From positions 14,107-78,106 of the forward strand of contig CAJWEM010000002.1 of the NCBI GenBank assembly GCA_913031205.1: 64,000 nt of DNA, read 5' to 3'. How positions within the stretch are numbered: the first letter of the stretch is position 1; the number at the start of each line of letters is the position of its first letter. Below the pieces are notes generated by a model that saw only the letters and a list, made by a program, of their open reading frames with translations, was not told the origin of the DNA and ran no database searches. A program made the position numbers and the translations under genes. Of the stretch, positions 31,766 through 42,017 are shown in pieces. The stretch is from an uncultured Gammaproteobacteria bacterium (lineage in GTDB: Bacteria; Pseudomonadota; Gammaproteobacteria; Poriferisulfidales; GCA-002705445).

Positions 31766-34192
31766 ATGAGTGAGAATTTAGTAATTGTTGAATCTCCGGC
31801 GAAATCAAAAACAATTGAGAAATACTTGGGCAATGACTTCAAGGTGATTTCAACTGTAGGCCATTTAAGAAATTTACCCTCAAAGAAAGGTATAGATGTA
31901 GAAAATGGCTACAAAATGAATTATGAGTTAATTGAAAGAGATCACAATAAGCCAGAACACATTATAAAAGAAATAAAAAAAGCGCTAAAGGGGGCAAAAA
32001 AACTCTATTTGGCAACCGATCAAGATAGAGAGGGCGAGGTAATCGCGTGGCATCTCATCGATATTCTGGAAAAAGAACAATCATTGGATGGCGTAGAAGT
32101 TGTCCGAATCGTATTCAATGAAATTACAAAAAAAGCAATTCTTGATTCCATAGAAAATCCTCGAGAACTTTCTTACGATTTAATTAATGCACAATTTGCA
32201 AGACGGTCTATAGATTATTTGTTTGGTATGGGAGTATCCCCGCTTCTTTGGGGTATAGGCATTAGAAAGGGTTCTGCGGGAAGAGTACAAAGTCCGGCAT
32301 TAAAAATGATAGTTGAAAGAGAAGAGGCAATAAGAAAATTTATTCCTCAAGAATATTGGTCTCTTAATGCAAATTTTTCCAAAGATAATAAGAACTTTGA
32401 TTCTTTTCTTCACTCTGTGAGTGGAAAAAAGCTATCGAAGTTTGATATCAATAATGAGAAAGACGCTTTGAGAATTAAAGATGAAATATCTGACTTAACT
32501 GATGATCAATTTAAAGTTTTAAAAGTTGTAAAAAAAGAAAGAAAAAGGCAACCTGCAAAACCGTTTATTACTTCAACACTACAGCAAGAAGCTTCAAGAA
32601 AACTTAGGTTTGCACCAAGAAGAACAATGGGAATAGCTCAAGAGCTTTACACAGGAATTGACCTTGGTGAAGGACCAGTAGGTTTAATTACTTATATGAG
32701 GACAGATTCTATCAACTTAGCACAAGAAGCAATTGATGAGATAAGAGAAATTATTCCTAAGTTTTACGGAGATGATTCTCTTCCAGTAGAAAAACGAGTT
32801 TATTCAAATTCCTCTAAGAATGCTCAGGAAGCTCATGAGGCAATAAGGCCATCATCCTCAAGTAGAAAGCCAGATGATATAAAAAAACACTTAAGCAAAG
32901 ATCAATTTGAATTATATTCGCTAATTTGGAAAAGGACTATTGCCTCCCAGATGAATGATGCGATTTTAGATTCTGTATCTGTAGATTTAGGGACAGAAGA
33001 TAAAACCTTCAGAGCTTCTGGCCAATCAATCAAATACCCTGGTTTCATGCAAGTTTATCTTGAGGGTTCTGATGAAGAGGATTTAGAAGCCGAATCAAAA
33101 ATACTTCCTGCTATGAATGAAGGAGAGCATTTAAAATTGAATCAGATTGACGCAGTTCAACACTTTACTCAACCACCTGGGAGATATACGGAAGCAAGCC
33201 TAATAAAAAATTTAGAAAAAGAAGGAATAGGTAGACCATCTACCTATGCTGCAATTATTGAGACACTAAGATTTAAAGAATATGTCGAAATTGAAAATAG
33301 AACATTAACGCCGACTGGTAAAGGATCTTCTGCATGTGCATTTTTAGATAAAAATTTTAATGACTTTATAAAATATAACTACACAGCTGAACTAGAAGAA
33401 ACACTTGATAAAATTGCTCGAGGTGAGGCTCAATGGATTCCCACGACGGATTCATTCTACAAATATTTAACTAAAATGGTTGGAGATACAGAAAAACTTT
33501 CTCCTGAAGAGAGGAAACAGGAAAGAATTTTAGGTGTAGATCCAAAAAGCGGCAGGACGGTAAGTGTTAGACATGGTCCATTTGGGCCACATGCGATGAT
33601 AGGAACCAAGGATGACCCGAAAGAAGCAGGCAAACCAAAATCGGCTTCTTTGAAAATTGGCCAAGACATTTCAACAATTACATTAGAGGAAGCTCTAGAT
33701 TTATTTGTTTTACCAAGACTACTTGGAGAGACACCAGACGGTGAACATATCACAGCCTGTCTCGGTAGGTTTGGACCATATTTAAATTACGGTGAGAAGA
33801 AGAACCTTTCATTAAAAGGCTTAGAAAAAGAGGGAGAAGACCCCTTTGATCCTTACACTATTACTTTTGAGCAGGCTTTGCCATTAGTTGAACAAAAGAA
33901 AATAATTGAAGCAAATAAAATAATCCAAAATTTTGAAGATAAAGGTATCCAAGTTCTAAATGGAAGATTTGGCCCCTATGTAACTGATGGAAATAAAAAC
34001 GTAAAAGTTCCTAAAGACCAAGAACCAAAGGATTTAACTCTTGAGGAGTGTATTCAAATGATTGAGAATGCGCCAGTTCGAAGAGGGAGATTTGGTGCAA
34101 AAAAGAAAGCCGTAGTAAAAAAGAAAGCCGTAGCAAAAAAGAAAACTACAAAAAAGAATTCAAAAGAAAATAATGTTGGAAACACAATATAA
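31766..34192 (+). CDS. topA: DNA topoisomerase I
   Basis: 808 aa with a Toprim N-terminus (LVIVESPAKSKTIEKYLG), the catalytic region and a C-terminal Lys-rich repeat tail. Confidence 0.93.
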   Translation: MSENLVIVESPAKSKTIEKYLGNDFKVISTVGHLRNLPSKKGIDVENGYKMNYELIERDHNKPEHIIKEIKKALKGAKKLYLATDQDREGEVIAWHLIDILEKEQSLDGVEVVRIVFNEITKKAILDSIENPRELSYDLINAQFARRSIDYLFGMGVSPLLWGIGIRKGSAGRVQSPALKMIVEREEAIRKFIPQEYWSLNANFSKDNKNFDSFLHSVSGKKLSKFDINNEKDALRIKDEISDLTDDQFKVLKVVKKERKRQPAKPFITSTLQQEASRKLRFAPRRTMGIAQELYTGIDLGEGPVGLITYMRTDSINLAQEAIDEIREIIPKFYGDDSLPVEKRVYSNSSKNAQEAHEAIRPSSSSRKPDDIKKHLSKDQFELYSLIWKRTIASQMNDAILDSVSVDLGTEDKTFRASGQSIKYPGFMQVYLEGSDEEDLEAESKILPAMNEGEHLKLNQIDAVQHFTQPPGRYTEASLIKNLEKEGIGRPSTYAAIIETLRFKEYVEIENRTLTPTGKGSSACAFLDKNFNDFIKYNYTAELEETLDKIARGEAQWIPTTDSFYKYLTKMVGDTEKLSPEERKQERILGVDPKSGRTVSVRHGPFGPHAMIGTKDDPKEAGKPKSASLKIGQDISTITLEEALDLFVLPRLLGETPDGEHITACLGRFGPYLNYGEKKNLSLKGLEKEGEDPFDPYTITFEQALPLVEQKKIIEANKIIQNFEDKGIQVLNGRFGPYVTDGNKNVKVPKDQEPKDLTLEECIQMIENAPVRRGRFGAKKKAVVKKKAVAKKKTTKKNSKENNVGNTI

Positions 34193-34195
34193 CAC

Positions 34196-34774
34196 ATGTC
34201 TTTGTTATTAGATTTAGGTAATAAAAATGATTGTGCAGAGTTTATAAATTCTGTAAAAGAAGGCGCTATCTTTGCTTATCCAACTGAAGCAGTCTATGGC
34301 TTAGGGTGCGATATTTTTAACGTAGATTCAATTAACAGAATTTTAAAGCTAAAAAAAAGAGATGCTTCAAAGGGATTAATTGTGATCTCAGATAATTTAG
34401 AAAAAGTTAGGGAATTAATAGATGATAACTATTTTAAATTATTTGTTGAGAATAATAGCGACGCAGTCCCAACAACCTGGCTATGTCCTTCCAGTGATAT
34501 TGTTCCACCAGAGATTACCGGAGGACAAAATAAAATCGGTATTAGGATTACAAACCATGAAGTTTCATGCGAATTATGTAAATTGCTTGATTTCCCAATT
34601 ATCTCAACCAGTGCAAATATTTCTGGGCAAGCACCGGTACAAATATTGCAGGACTGTATAAATATTTTCGGTGAGGAAGTCGACTATATTATCAAAGGCC
34701 CTATCGGGCAAAATAAAAAACCAAGTAGGATAATTGATTTAATTTCCAAAAAAGTTTTAAGAGAAGGTGGTTAA
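34196..34774 (+). CDS. tsaC: L-threonylcarbamoyladenylate synthase (YrdC/Sua5 family)
   Basis: 192 aa with the YrdC motif AYPTEAVYGLGCD. Confidence 0.88.
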   Translation: MSLLLDLGNKNDCAEFINSVKEGAIFAYPTEAVYGLGCDIFNVDSINRILKLKKRDASKGLIVISDNLEKVRELIDDNYFKLFVENNSDAVPTTWLCPSSDIVPPEITGGQNKIGIRITNHEVSCELCKLLDFPIISTSANISGQAPVQILQDCINIFGEEVDYIIKGPIGQNKKPSRIIDLISKKVLREGG

Positions 34775-35695
34775 GTGTCTGAAATAAACACAAATCAAAT
34801 AGATGAAGTAAGTAATTTCTTAACAGATTTACAAAAAAGTATTATCAAAATGATATGTACTTTCGACGAAAAAAAATTCTTGGAAGACAAATGGAAGCGT
34901 GAAGAGGGCGGAGGTGGCCTGACCTGTTTGCTTGAAAATGGAAATATTTTCGACAAAGTCGGAGTCAATTTCTCAGATATACTAGGAGACAAATTACCTG
35001 CAGCTGCAACAAACATAAGACCGGAACTTCTTGGGAGAAATTATCGTGCAATGGGCGTCTCAGTAGTATCTCATCCAAAAAATCCTCATGTCCCAACGGT
35101 TCATTTGAATGTAAGATTATTTGTGGCTTTTAGTAATAATTCTAAGCCAATTTGGTGGTTTGGGGGTGGCTTTGATATGACCCCTTATTATGGATACGAA
35201 GAGGACGCGATTTATTGGCATAAAACTGCACACGATATATGCGAGTCATATGGCAAAAATATTTATAGTGAATACAAAAAAAATTGTGATGAATATTTTT
35301 TTATTAAGCACAGAAAAGAACCAAGAGGGATCGGGGGAATATTTTTTGATGATTTAAACATATGGGAATTTGATAAATGTTTTGATTTTATAAAGGCAGT
35401 TGGAAATGGATTCATTTCTGCTTATAGTCCAATTATAAAAAAACGTTTGAATACCCCATATGACGAAAAACAAAAAGACTTTCAGCTTTATAGGCGAGGT
35501 AGGTATGTAGAATTTAATCTTGTTTATGATAGAGGTACTTTATTTGGCTTACAATCCAACGGAAGAACTGAATCAATTCTAATGTCAATGCCTCCTCTCG
35601 TTAAATGGGACTATAATCACAAAATTGATAAAGGTAGTGAAGAAGAAAAATTATATCGAGATTTTTTAGTTCCTAAAAAATGGTACGAAAATTAA
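34775..35695 (+). CDS. hemF: Oxygen-dependent coproporphyrinogen III oxidase
   Basis: 306 aa, near-collinear with E. coli HemF (WKREEGGGG, WWFGGGFDMTPYYG, YRRGRYVEFNLVYDRGTLFGLQSNGRTESILMSMPPLVKW). Confidence 0.93.
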   Translation: MSEINTNQIDEVSNFLTDLQKSIIKMICTFDEKKFLEDKWKREEGGGGLTCLLENGNIFDKVGVNFSDILGDKLPAAATNIRPELLGRNYRAMGVSVVSHPKNPHVPTVHLNVRLFVAFSNNSKPIWWFGGGFDMTPYYGYEEDAIYWHKTAHDICESYGKNIYSEYKKNCDEYFFIKHRKEPRGIGGIFFDDLNIWEFDKCFDFIKAVGNGFISAYSPIIKKRLNTPYDEKQKDFQLYRRGRYVEFNLVYDRGTLFGLQSNGRTESILMSMPPLVKWDYNHKIDKGSEEEKLYRDFLVPKKWYEN

Positions 35696-36507
35696 TCAGC
35701 GTTTGGAAAAAAAAGTTGTTCTCCATTAATTTTGAATTCTGAAATTAATTTTTGGCCTTCTTTACTAACCAGCCATTTTGAAAAATTCTCAGCTTGCTCA
35801 TATTTTACATGCGGATGCTTTTTTGGATTTATTACAATGACGCTATATTGATTGTGCAATGGTGGAACTCCAGAAAATAAGATCCCTAGTTCTTGCTTAT
35901 TATTAAAACTTAACCAAGTGCCTCTATCTGTAATTGTATAGGCGTTCATGCTTGCGGCCATATTAAGAGTTGCACCCATTCCACGTCCTACGTCAATATA
36001 ATACTTTGAGTCCATACTTTTTGTAGAGATTCCGGCATTAGCCCAAAGAAAAGTCTCTCTTTTATGAGTTCCGCTGTTGTCTCCCCTTGTTAGAAACAAA
36101 AGTTTGTTATCTTTTATTGTTTTAAAAACCTCTTTTATATTTTTTTTATCTTTAATTTTTTTTGGATCATTTTTTGGACCAACAATAATAAAATCGTTAT
36201 ACATAAATTTCTTTCTTTTAACCCCAAAACCTTGTTCTATAAATTTAAACTCATCTTCTTTTGAATGGACTATTAATAAATCACCATCTCCATTTTCGGC
36301 ATTTTTTATGGCTTGCCCTGTTCCAACAGCCACAACCCTTACATCAATTCCGTTTTTCTTCTCATATGCAGGAAGTATGAAATCATAAAAACCCGAATCG
36401 GAAGTCGAAGTTGTTGACTGCACAATAAGGAAATCAGATGCGAACGCACTATTAAAAAAAATAAATAGAAATATGATTGTTTTTAATTTAGACAATTCTA
36501 CTCTCAA
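35692..36507 (-). CDS. Periplasmic substrate-binding protein, TupA/WtpA-like (tungstate/molybdate-type PBP), with no adjacent permease or ATPase
   Basis: 271 aa with a signal peptide. The motif TTSTSDSG...VVAVGTGQA resembles tungstate-binding TupA. Confidence 0.6.
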   Translation of the reverse strand: MRVELSKLKTIIFLFIFFNSAFASDFLIVQSTTSTSDSGFYDFILPAYEKKNGIDVRVVAVGTGQAIKNAENGDGDLLIVHSKEDEFKFIEQGFGVKRKKFMYNDFIIVGPKNDPKKIKDKKNIKEVFKTIKDNKLLFLTRGDNSGTHKRETFLWANAGISTKSMDSKYYIDVGRGMGATLNMAASMNAYTITDRGTWLSFNNKQELGILFSGVPPLHNQYSVIVINPKKHPHVKYEQAENFSKWLVSKEGQKLISEFKINGEQLFFPNAD

Positions 36508-36517
36508 GGTATTTTAT

Positions 36518-36922
36518 TTATTTAATATAAAAAGTTATTTTTTTAGTCATTAGAGGAACTTTATGTGGAGTGTGACTATAATCTGCGAAAAGTAATTGAA
36601 TTGTATGTTTGCCAGACTCTAGCTCTAAAGATACAGATGTTTGGCCTTTGCCAAAGTGAATTATATTTTCAGTCATTGGCAACGGACTATTTAAATCTGG
36701 TAGTTCATCTAAATCCAAAAGAATATGATGGTGCCCACTATTATCCTCTTTTATTCCTGCTTTTTGCACCTTAATGTTCTCAACAATAAATTCTAATTCA
36801 ATTGGCGATTGATATGTTTTACCATTCTGCACGCCTTTAAGCTCAATGGTTGGGGCATTGCTTTCTGCAGAAGCAATTCGAGATAAAGCAAGAATCATAA
36901 TAAAAATAATCGACTTATTCAT
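36518..36922 (-). CDS. Small secreted protein of unknown function (His-triad motif SGHHHI)
   Basis: 134 aa ORF with signal peptide ...RIASA. No motif I recognise. Confidence 0.5.
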   Translation of the reverse strand: MNKSIIFIMILALSRIASAESNAPTIELKGVQNGKTYQSPIELEFIVENIKVQKAGIKEDNSGHHHILLDLDELPDLNSPLPMTENIIHFGKGQTSVSLELESGKHTIQLLFADYSHTPHKVPLMTKKITFYIK

Positions 36923-37421
36923 AAACGTTTTTCTGTGATTTAAACATCTTTAAGATAATTATAATTAAAATTAGAAATAAAATAAATGTGTACATTGGTA
37001 TAGATAAGCCAAATAATTGCCATTTTACATCATTACAAGGCGTTGGATTATTAAAAATATTTTTGATTGCCTCCAAAAGAGGAAGCGTTGAAATGTAATA
37101 AAAAAACCCACCACCGCATCCAAAGCCATCCAACGCAGTCTCATCTTTGAAAACTTGAAGCCATATATGCCTTATTGTACTTATTAACCCAATAACACAC
37201 AGGAGTAAATTTGTTCCATTTAGTGTTTTAAAAATAAAACCTCTTTTTGAAATTACAATTATGAAAAAAATAAATGACATTAAGATAAGAAGATATCTGT
37301 CTAAAACACAAAGAGTACATGGCTGAAGTTCTTCAATTAAGTCAAAGTAGATGTAAGCCACCAATAAAGACGTGACACATAGAATAAAACCAACAGCTTC
37401 TAATTTGATTAGTTTGAACAT
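36915..37421 (-). CDS. dsbB: Disulfide bond formation protein B
   Basis: 168 aa with 4 TM segments. The first periplasmic loop has a CxxC (PCTLCVLDR) and the second loop has the Cys pair (GFGCGG...PCNDVKW). Confidence 0.8.
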   Translation of the reverse strand: MFKLIKLEAVGFILCVTSLLVAYIYFDLIEELQPCTLCVLDRYLLILMSFIFFIIVISKRGFIFKTLNGTNLLLCVIGLISTIRHIWLQVFKDETALDGFGCGGGFFYYISTLPLLEAIKNIFNNPTPCNDVKWQLFGLSIPMYTFILFLILIIIILKMFKSQKNVYE

Positions 37422-37445
37422 ATCTATATTATAGGCTTATTAATT

Positions 37446-38465
37446 ATGAATTTCAGCTTAAACGCAATGAAGAAAAGCTATCCAACTACAAGAATGAGGA
37501 GAAATAGGTCTGCTAAATTTATTAGAAATTTGGTAAGAGAAACATCTTTCTCGGTTGATGATTTAATTTATCCTATTTTTATTCTACCAGGAAGAAATAA
37601 AGAACAACCAATCAATTCGATGCCTGGGAGGCATAGATATTCTGTCGATGTGTTAATTAAAAAAATCGAAAAACTTCATAAGCAAGGTTTGAATGCTGTT
37701 GCAATATTTCCTATTATCGATTCGAAAAAAAAATCGAAAGATGCAAAGGAAGCTTTTAATCCAAAAGGTTTAGTGCAAACAGCTGTTAAGGCAATAAAGA
37801 AAGAGCTTCCTGATCTTGGTGTAATTACAGATATTGCTCTTGATCCCTACACAATAAGTGGTCACGATGGATTGGTAGATAAAAAAGGCTATGTTTTAAA
37901 CGATAAAACTGTTGAGGTCCTAAAAAGACAAGCCCTATCACATGCTGAAGCTGGCTCTGACATAGTTGCACCATCAGACATGATGGATGGTAGAATTATA
38001 GCAATAAGAAACTCGTTGGAAAAAAATAATTTTCACAATACAAAAATTCTTTCTTACGCCGCAAAATATGCTTCAAATCTTTATGGCCCTTTTAGAGATG
38101 CAATTGATTCAAGTAAAAATCTTTCTGAGTCTTCCAAAGAAACTTATCAAATGGATTTCGCTAATATTACTGAAGCGTCCTTAGAGATAAATTTAGATAT
38201 CGACGAAGGGGCAGATATGATTATTATCAAACCGGGCTTACCCTATTTAGATGTCGTTGCAAAAATAAAAAGTAAATTCTCCATACCCGTTTTTTCTTAC
38301 CATGTCAGTGGAGAATATTCTATGATAAAAAGCGCATCTCAAAAAAAATACATTGATGAAAAAGCTGCAGTTCTTGAAGCGATGTATTGTTTTAAAAGAG
38401 CAGGTTGCAACGCAGTTTTAACATATTACACGCCTGAGATAATAAAATGGCTGAACAAAAGTTAA
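37446..38465 (+). CDS. hemB: Porphobilinogen synthase (delta-aminolevulinate dehydratase)
   Basis: 339 aa, collinear with E. coli HemB (active-site region around SGEYSMIK, YGPFRDA). Confidence 0.93.
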   Translation: MNFSLNAMKKSYPTTRMRRNRSAKFIRNLVRETSFSVDDLIYPIFILPGRNKEQPINSMPGRHRYSVDVLIKKIEKLHKQGLNAVAIFPIIDSKKKSKDAKEAFNPKGLVQTAVKAIKKELPDLGVITDIALDPYTISGHDGLVDKKGYVLNDKTVEVLKRQALSHAEAGSDIVAPSDMMDGRIIAIRNSLEKNNFHNTKILSYAAKYASNLYGPFRDAIDSSKNLSESSKETYQMDFANITEASLEINLDIDEGADMIIIKPGLPYLDVVAKIKSKFSIPVFSYHVSGEYSMIKSASQKKYIDEKAAVLEAMYCFKRAGCNAVLTYYTPEIIKWLNKS

Positions 38466-39280
38466 TTAAAAAATATGCTGTGTTTGGTAACCCAATCGAA
38501 CATAGTTTATCGCCAACCATCCACGAATATTTTGCACGAAAACTTGATATCAATTTATCGTATGAAAGAATCTTGTGTGATGAAGATAAATTTGAATTCA
38601 AGTTAAAAAAATTTTTTGATTCGGGTGGATTAGGATGTAATGTAACTTTACCATTCAAGCGTGAAGCTTTTTTGTTTGCAGAAGAGAAATCCGACGTCGC
38701 CAAAGTTACTGGCGCAGTAAATACAATTTCAAAAAAAAATGACGTATTTTTTGGAGATAATACAGATGGAGCTGGCTTTATCAGAGATTTAAAGGAAAAT
38801 ATAAAATTTGATATAACGGATAAAAGAGTACTTATATTAGGCGCAGGCGGAGCTTCTATGGGGATAATTCCAAATATTTTTCTTGAAAAACCAAAAATTC
38901 TCAGAATTTTTAATAGAACTCTTGATAATGCCAAAATCCTCGTTGAAAGATTCTCATCAATTGGCAATATAAATTATGTTGATAATAGTGATCTTACTGA
39001 GAATCAATTTGATTTGGTTATAAATGCAACCTCTCAAGGGATGAATCAAACCAGTTTTGATTTACCCCGAGGAATTTTCAATGACAATTCCATCTTTTAT
39101 GATTTGTCATACGGAAAAGCATCCACAAATGTCAAAAATTGGGCAGCTGAAAATAATATTCAGTTCTTTGATGGCCTTGGTATGCTTATCGAGCAGGCGG
39201 CGGACTCTTTTCTTATCTGGGAAGGTGTAAGACCTAATATAACCGAAGAACTTAAAAATATATTGATAAAAGAACTATGA
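38447..39280 (+). CDS. aroE: Shikimate dehydrogenase
   Basis: 277 aa with N-terminus YAVFGNPIEHSLSP and an NADP-binding GAGGAS. Confidence 0.9.
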   Translation: MAEQKLIKKYAVFGNPIEHSLSPTIHEYFARKLDINLSYERILCDEDKFEFKLKKFFDSGGLGCNVTLPFKREAFLFAEEKSDVAKVTGAVNTISKKNDVFFGDNTDGAGFIRDLKENIKFDITDKRVLILGAGGASMGIIPNIFLEKPKILRIFNRTLDNAKILVERFSSIGNINYVDNSDLTENQFDLVINATSQGMNQTSFDLPRGIFNDNSIFYDLSYGKASTNVKNWAAENNIQFFDGLGMLIEQAADSFLIWEGVRPNITEELKNILIKEL

Positions 39281-39913
39281 CCCATACTTTGTTTTGTAAG
39301 CAACAATATCCTTAGTATAACTCTCAAACTGGCCAGTTATAGATACATAGTTAATAATGTCACTTATATTAATAAGACTATAAACATCAATACCATAATC
39401 TTCTTTTAATTCTTGAGAGGCAGATATTTTTTTGCTTCCCTTTTCCTCTCTATCAAGCATCACTAGCAAAGAATTAGTTTTAATATTATATTTATCAAGT
39501 TTTTCCAAAGTACTTTTTATTGCTGTTCCAGCAGTGATTACGTCATCAACTATTAGAGTATTACCATCTTTAAAATTACCAACAATATCACCCTTTTCAC
39601 CATGTTGTTTTTGATCTTTTCTATCATAAACAAAGTTTGTTTCATTATTATTACTATTCGCTAATAATGTAGATAATGATGCAGCAAGAGGAATGCCTTT
39701 GTATGCAGGCCCAAATATATTAACAAATTGTAAATTTTTTTCTTTGATCAATTGTGAAAAAAGATTACATATAATTGAAATAGATTTCCCATCAGAAAAA
39801 ACACCGCTATTGAAAAAATAAGGACTCACTCTCTCTGACTTAAGTTTGAAACTACCGAATTGAAGAGCTTGTTTTTGGATAGCTAATTCAATGAAAGTTT
39901 TCTTGTAATCCAT
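39275..39913 (-). CDS. pyrE: Orotate phosphoribosyltransferase
   Basis: 212 aa with FGSFKLKSERVSPYFFN and the PRPP-binding LIVDDVITAGTA. Confidence 0.92.
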   Translation of the reverse strand: MDYKKTFIELAIQKQALQFGSFKLKSERVSPYFFNSGVFSDGKSISIICNLFSQLIKEKNLQFVNIFGPAYKGIPLAASLSTLLANSNNNETNFVYDRKDQKQHGEKGDIVGNFKDGNTLIVDDVITAGTAIKSTLEKLDKYNIKTNSLLVMLDREEKGSKKISASQELKEDYGIDVYSLINISDIINYVSITGQFESYTKDIVAYKTKYGS

Positions 39914-39972
39914 TTTCTTTTGATGATGTTATAATAAAGTTAGTACATTATATCTGAAAAATTATAAATATT

Positions 39973-40740
39973 ATGAAAATAGTAACATGCAATGTTAATG
40001 GGATTCGAAGTGCTTTTAGTAAAGGATTTTTTGATTGGTACAAACGCCAAAGAGCAGATATTTTATGTTTACAAGAATTAAAAGCTCATGAAGATCAAAT
40101 TAAGTTAAATTTAATGCTACCTAAAAATACTTTTTCCTATCTAAAATGCGCTGAGAGGAAAGGTTATAGCGGGGTATCTATTCATACAAAAAGAAAACCT
40201 GATAAAGTAATTTATGAATATGGAGACAAAGAATTTGATAAAGAAGGAAGATATATTGAAGCGCAATTTGGAAATCTCTCTATCATTTCTCTTTATGCGC
40301 CGTCTGGATCGTCAGGTGACGAAAGACAGGCTGCAAAATTTAGATTCTTAAAATCTTTTAAAAGACATTTAACCACCTTATTAAAAGCAAAAAGAAAACT
40401 AATAATTTGCGGCGATTGGAACATTGCACATAAAGAAATAGATTTAAAAAATTGGAAGGGAAATAAAAAAAATTCTGGTTTTTTGCCTGAAGAAAGAGCA
40501 TGGCTTGATGATTTATTTCAAGATGAAAAATTTATTGATGCATTTAGAAGTATTAACAAAAAAGAAAATGAATACACATGGTGGTCAAACCGTGGTAACG
40601 CAAGAACAAAAAATGTTGGTTGGAGAATAGATTATCAGATAATTTCAGGAAATTTAAAAAATAAAATTAAAAGCGAAAAGATATATAGAGATGAATTATT
40701 TTCAGATCATGCGCCACTAATAATATCCTATAAAATATAA
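39973..40740 (+). CDS. xth: Exodeoxyribonuclease III family nuclease, copy 2 (paralog of the xthA at 12983)
   Basis: 255 aa with N-terminus MKIVTCNVNGIRSA...LCLQELK and a C-terminal SDHAP motif. Confidence 0.85.
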   Translation: MKIVTCNVNGIRSAFSKGFFDWYKRQRADILCLQELKAHEDQIKLNLMLPKNTFSYLKCAERKGYSGVSIHTKRKPDKVIYEYGDKEFDKEGRYIEAQFGNLSIISLYAPSGSSGDERQAAKFRFLKSFKRHLTTLLKAKRKLIICGDWNIAHKEIDLKNWKGNKKNSGFLPEERAWLDDLFQDEKFIDAFRSINKKENEYTWWSNRGNARTKNVGWRIDYQIISGNLKNKIKSEKIYRDELFSDHAPLIISYKI

Positions 40741-42017
40741 TGACAAAATTATCAAACAAACCGACCTGGCAAAATACTTTTTATACAATATTAAACAAAA
40801 AAGTATTTATTTTATTCACTTTAGGATTTTCTGCAGGCTTACCATTTTTACTAGTTTTTTCTACTTTGCAAGCATGGTTGAAAGAAGTAAATATTGAAAA
40901 TGTAACGATTGGTTTTATAAGCTGGGTTGCTATCACGTACACTCTTAAATTTTCTTGGGCTCCATTTTTAGACCGCTTCAATCTTCCTTTTTTAAATATT
41001 TTTTTAGGCAGACGAAGAAGTTGGTTAATTTTTTCTCAAATTATGACAGGGCTATCAATATTCATGCTAGCAAATATTTCTCCGAATCCTGAAAATCTAA
41101 AATTATTTTCTTTTTTTGCTTTTTTAATAGCATTTTTCTCTGCTACACAAGACGTTGCTTTGGATGCATACAGAATAGAAGTTGCTAAAAAAGAAGAGCA
41201 AGGAATACTTGGCGCCGCTTATCAGCTTGGATATAGAATTGCTCTGATCACTTCTGGGGCTATGGCTTTAGTAATTGCTGACAACTTTTCTTTTGAATTT
41301 TCGTATAAAGTTATGGCTGGTTTAATGATGGTCGGAGTGGTTTCAACATTATTTGCGCCAGAGCCAAGTGAAACTTTGGAAAGACCTCAAATTAAGGGAA
41401 ATTTCCTCTTTGCATTATATATTGAGCCGCTGAGAGATTTGTTATCAAGACATAAAAATGCTGTTTTAATAATAATGCTAATATTATTGTATAGAGCCAG
41501 CGACTTATCTATGGCGCCAATGGCTATGCCTTTTTACAAAGATGTCGGATTTACATTGACAGAAATAGCATATGTTGCAAAAACTTTTGGCGTCATTATG
41601 TCAATTGTAGGTGTAATAGTTGGCGGAATACTTTGGAAAAAATTAGGTGGAATAAGAACATTACTGTTTGGTTCCATAATGATCGCGTCAACAACTTTAA
41701 TGTTTTTTTTAATGTCAATATTTGAAAAAAATATGGATTTATTTATTGCAACTATTGCGCTAGATAATTTCACTTCGGGTTTTGCAGGAACATTAATGAT
41801 AGCTTATTTATCATCCCTTACAAATAAAGCTTATGCAGGACTTCAATATGCTGCTTTATTTGGTTTATTGTTGATACCAGGAAAAATCTTAGCTGGATTC
41901 TCTGGACTTTTCCAAGAGACATTTGGTTACTCTGGTTTGTTTCTAGCTTCGGCTGCTATCGGGATACCCGCAATTTTAATTTCATATTATTTTTATAGAA
42001 GTAAAATTAAGGTTTAA
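40740..42017 (+). CDS. ampG: AmpG-family muropeptide permease (MFS)
   Basis: 425 aa with 12 or more TM segments and the GRRRSW motif after TM2, typical of AmpG. Confidence 0.82.
   Translation: MTKLSNKPTWQNTFYTILNKKVFILFTLGFSAGLPFLLVFSTLQAWLKEVNIENVTIGFISWVAITYTLKFSWAPFLDRFNLPFLNIFLGRRRSWLIFSQIMTGLSIFMLANISPNPENLKLFSFFAFLIAFFSATQDVALDAYRIEVAKKEEQGILGAAYQLGYRIALITSGAMALVIADNFSFEFSYKVMAGLMMVGVVSTLFAPEPSETLERPQIKGNFLFALYIEPLRDLLSRHKNAVLIIMLILLYRASDLSMAPMAMPFYKDVGFTLTEIAYVAKTFGVIMSIVGVIVGGILWKKLGGIRTLLFGSIMIASTTLMFFLMSIFEKNMDLFIATIALDNFTSGFAGTLMIAYLSSLTNKAYAGLQYAALFGLLLIPGKILAGFSGLFQETFGYSGLFLASAAIGIPAILISYYFYRSKIKV

Noticed and set aside
34090-34165. Direct nucleotide repeat AAAAAGAAAGCCGTAG x2 followed by AAAAAAGAAA; considered as a possible CRISPR or tandem repeat.
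   Set aside because: It lies inside topA and encodes the Lys-rich C-terminal tail (KKKAVVKKKAVAKKKTTKK). This is a coding low-complexity repeat, not an array. No CRISPR repeats or cas genes occur anywhere in the window.
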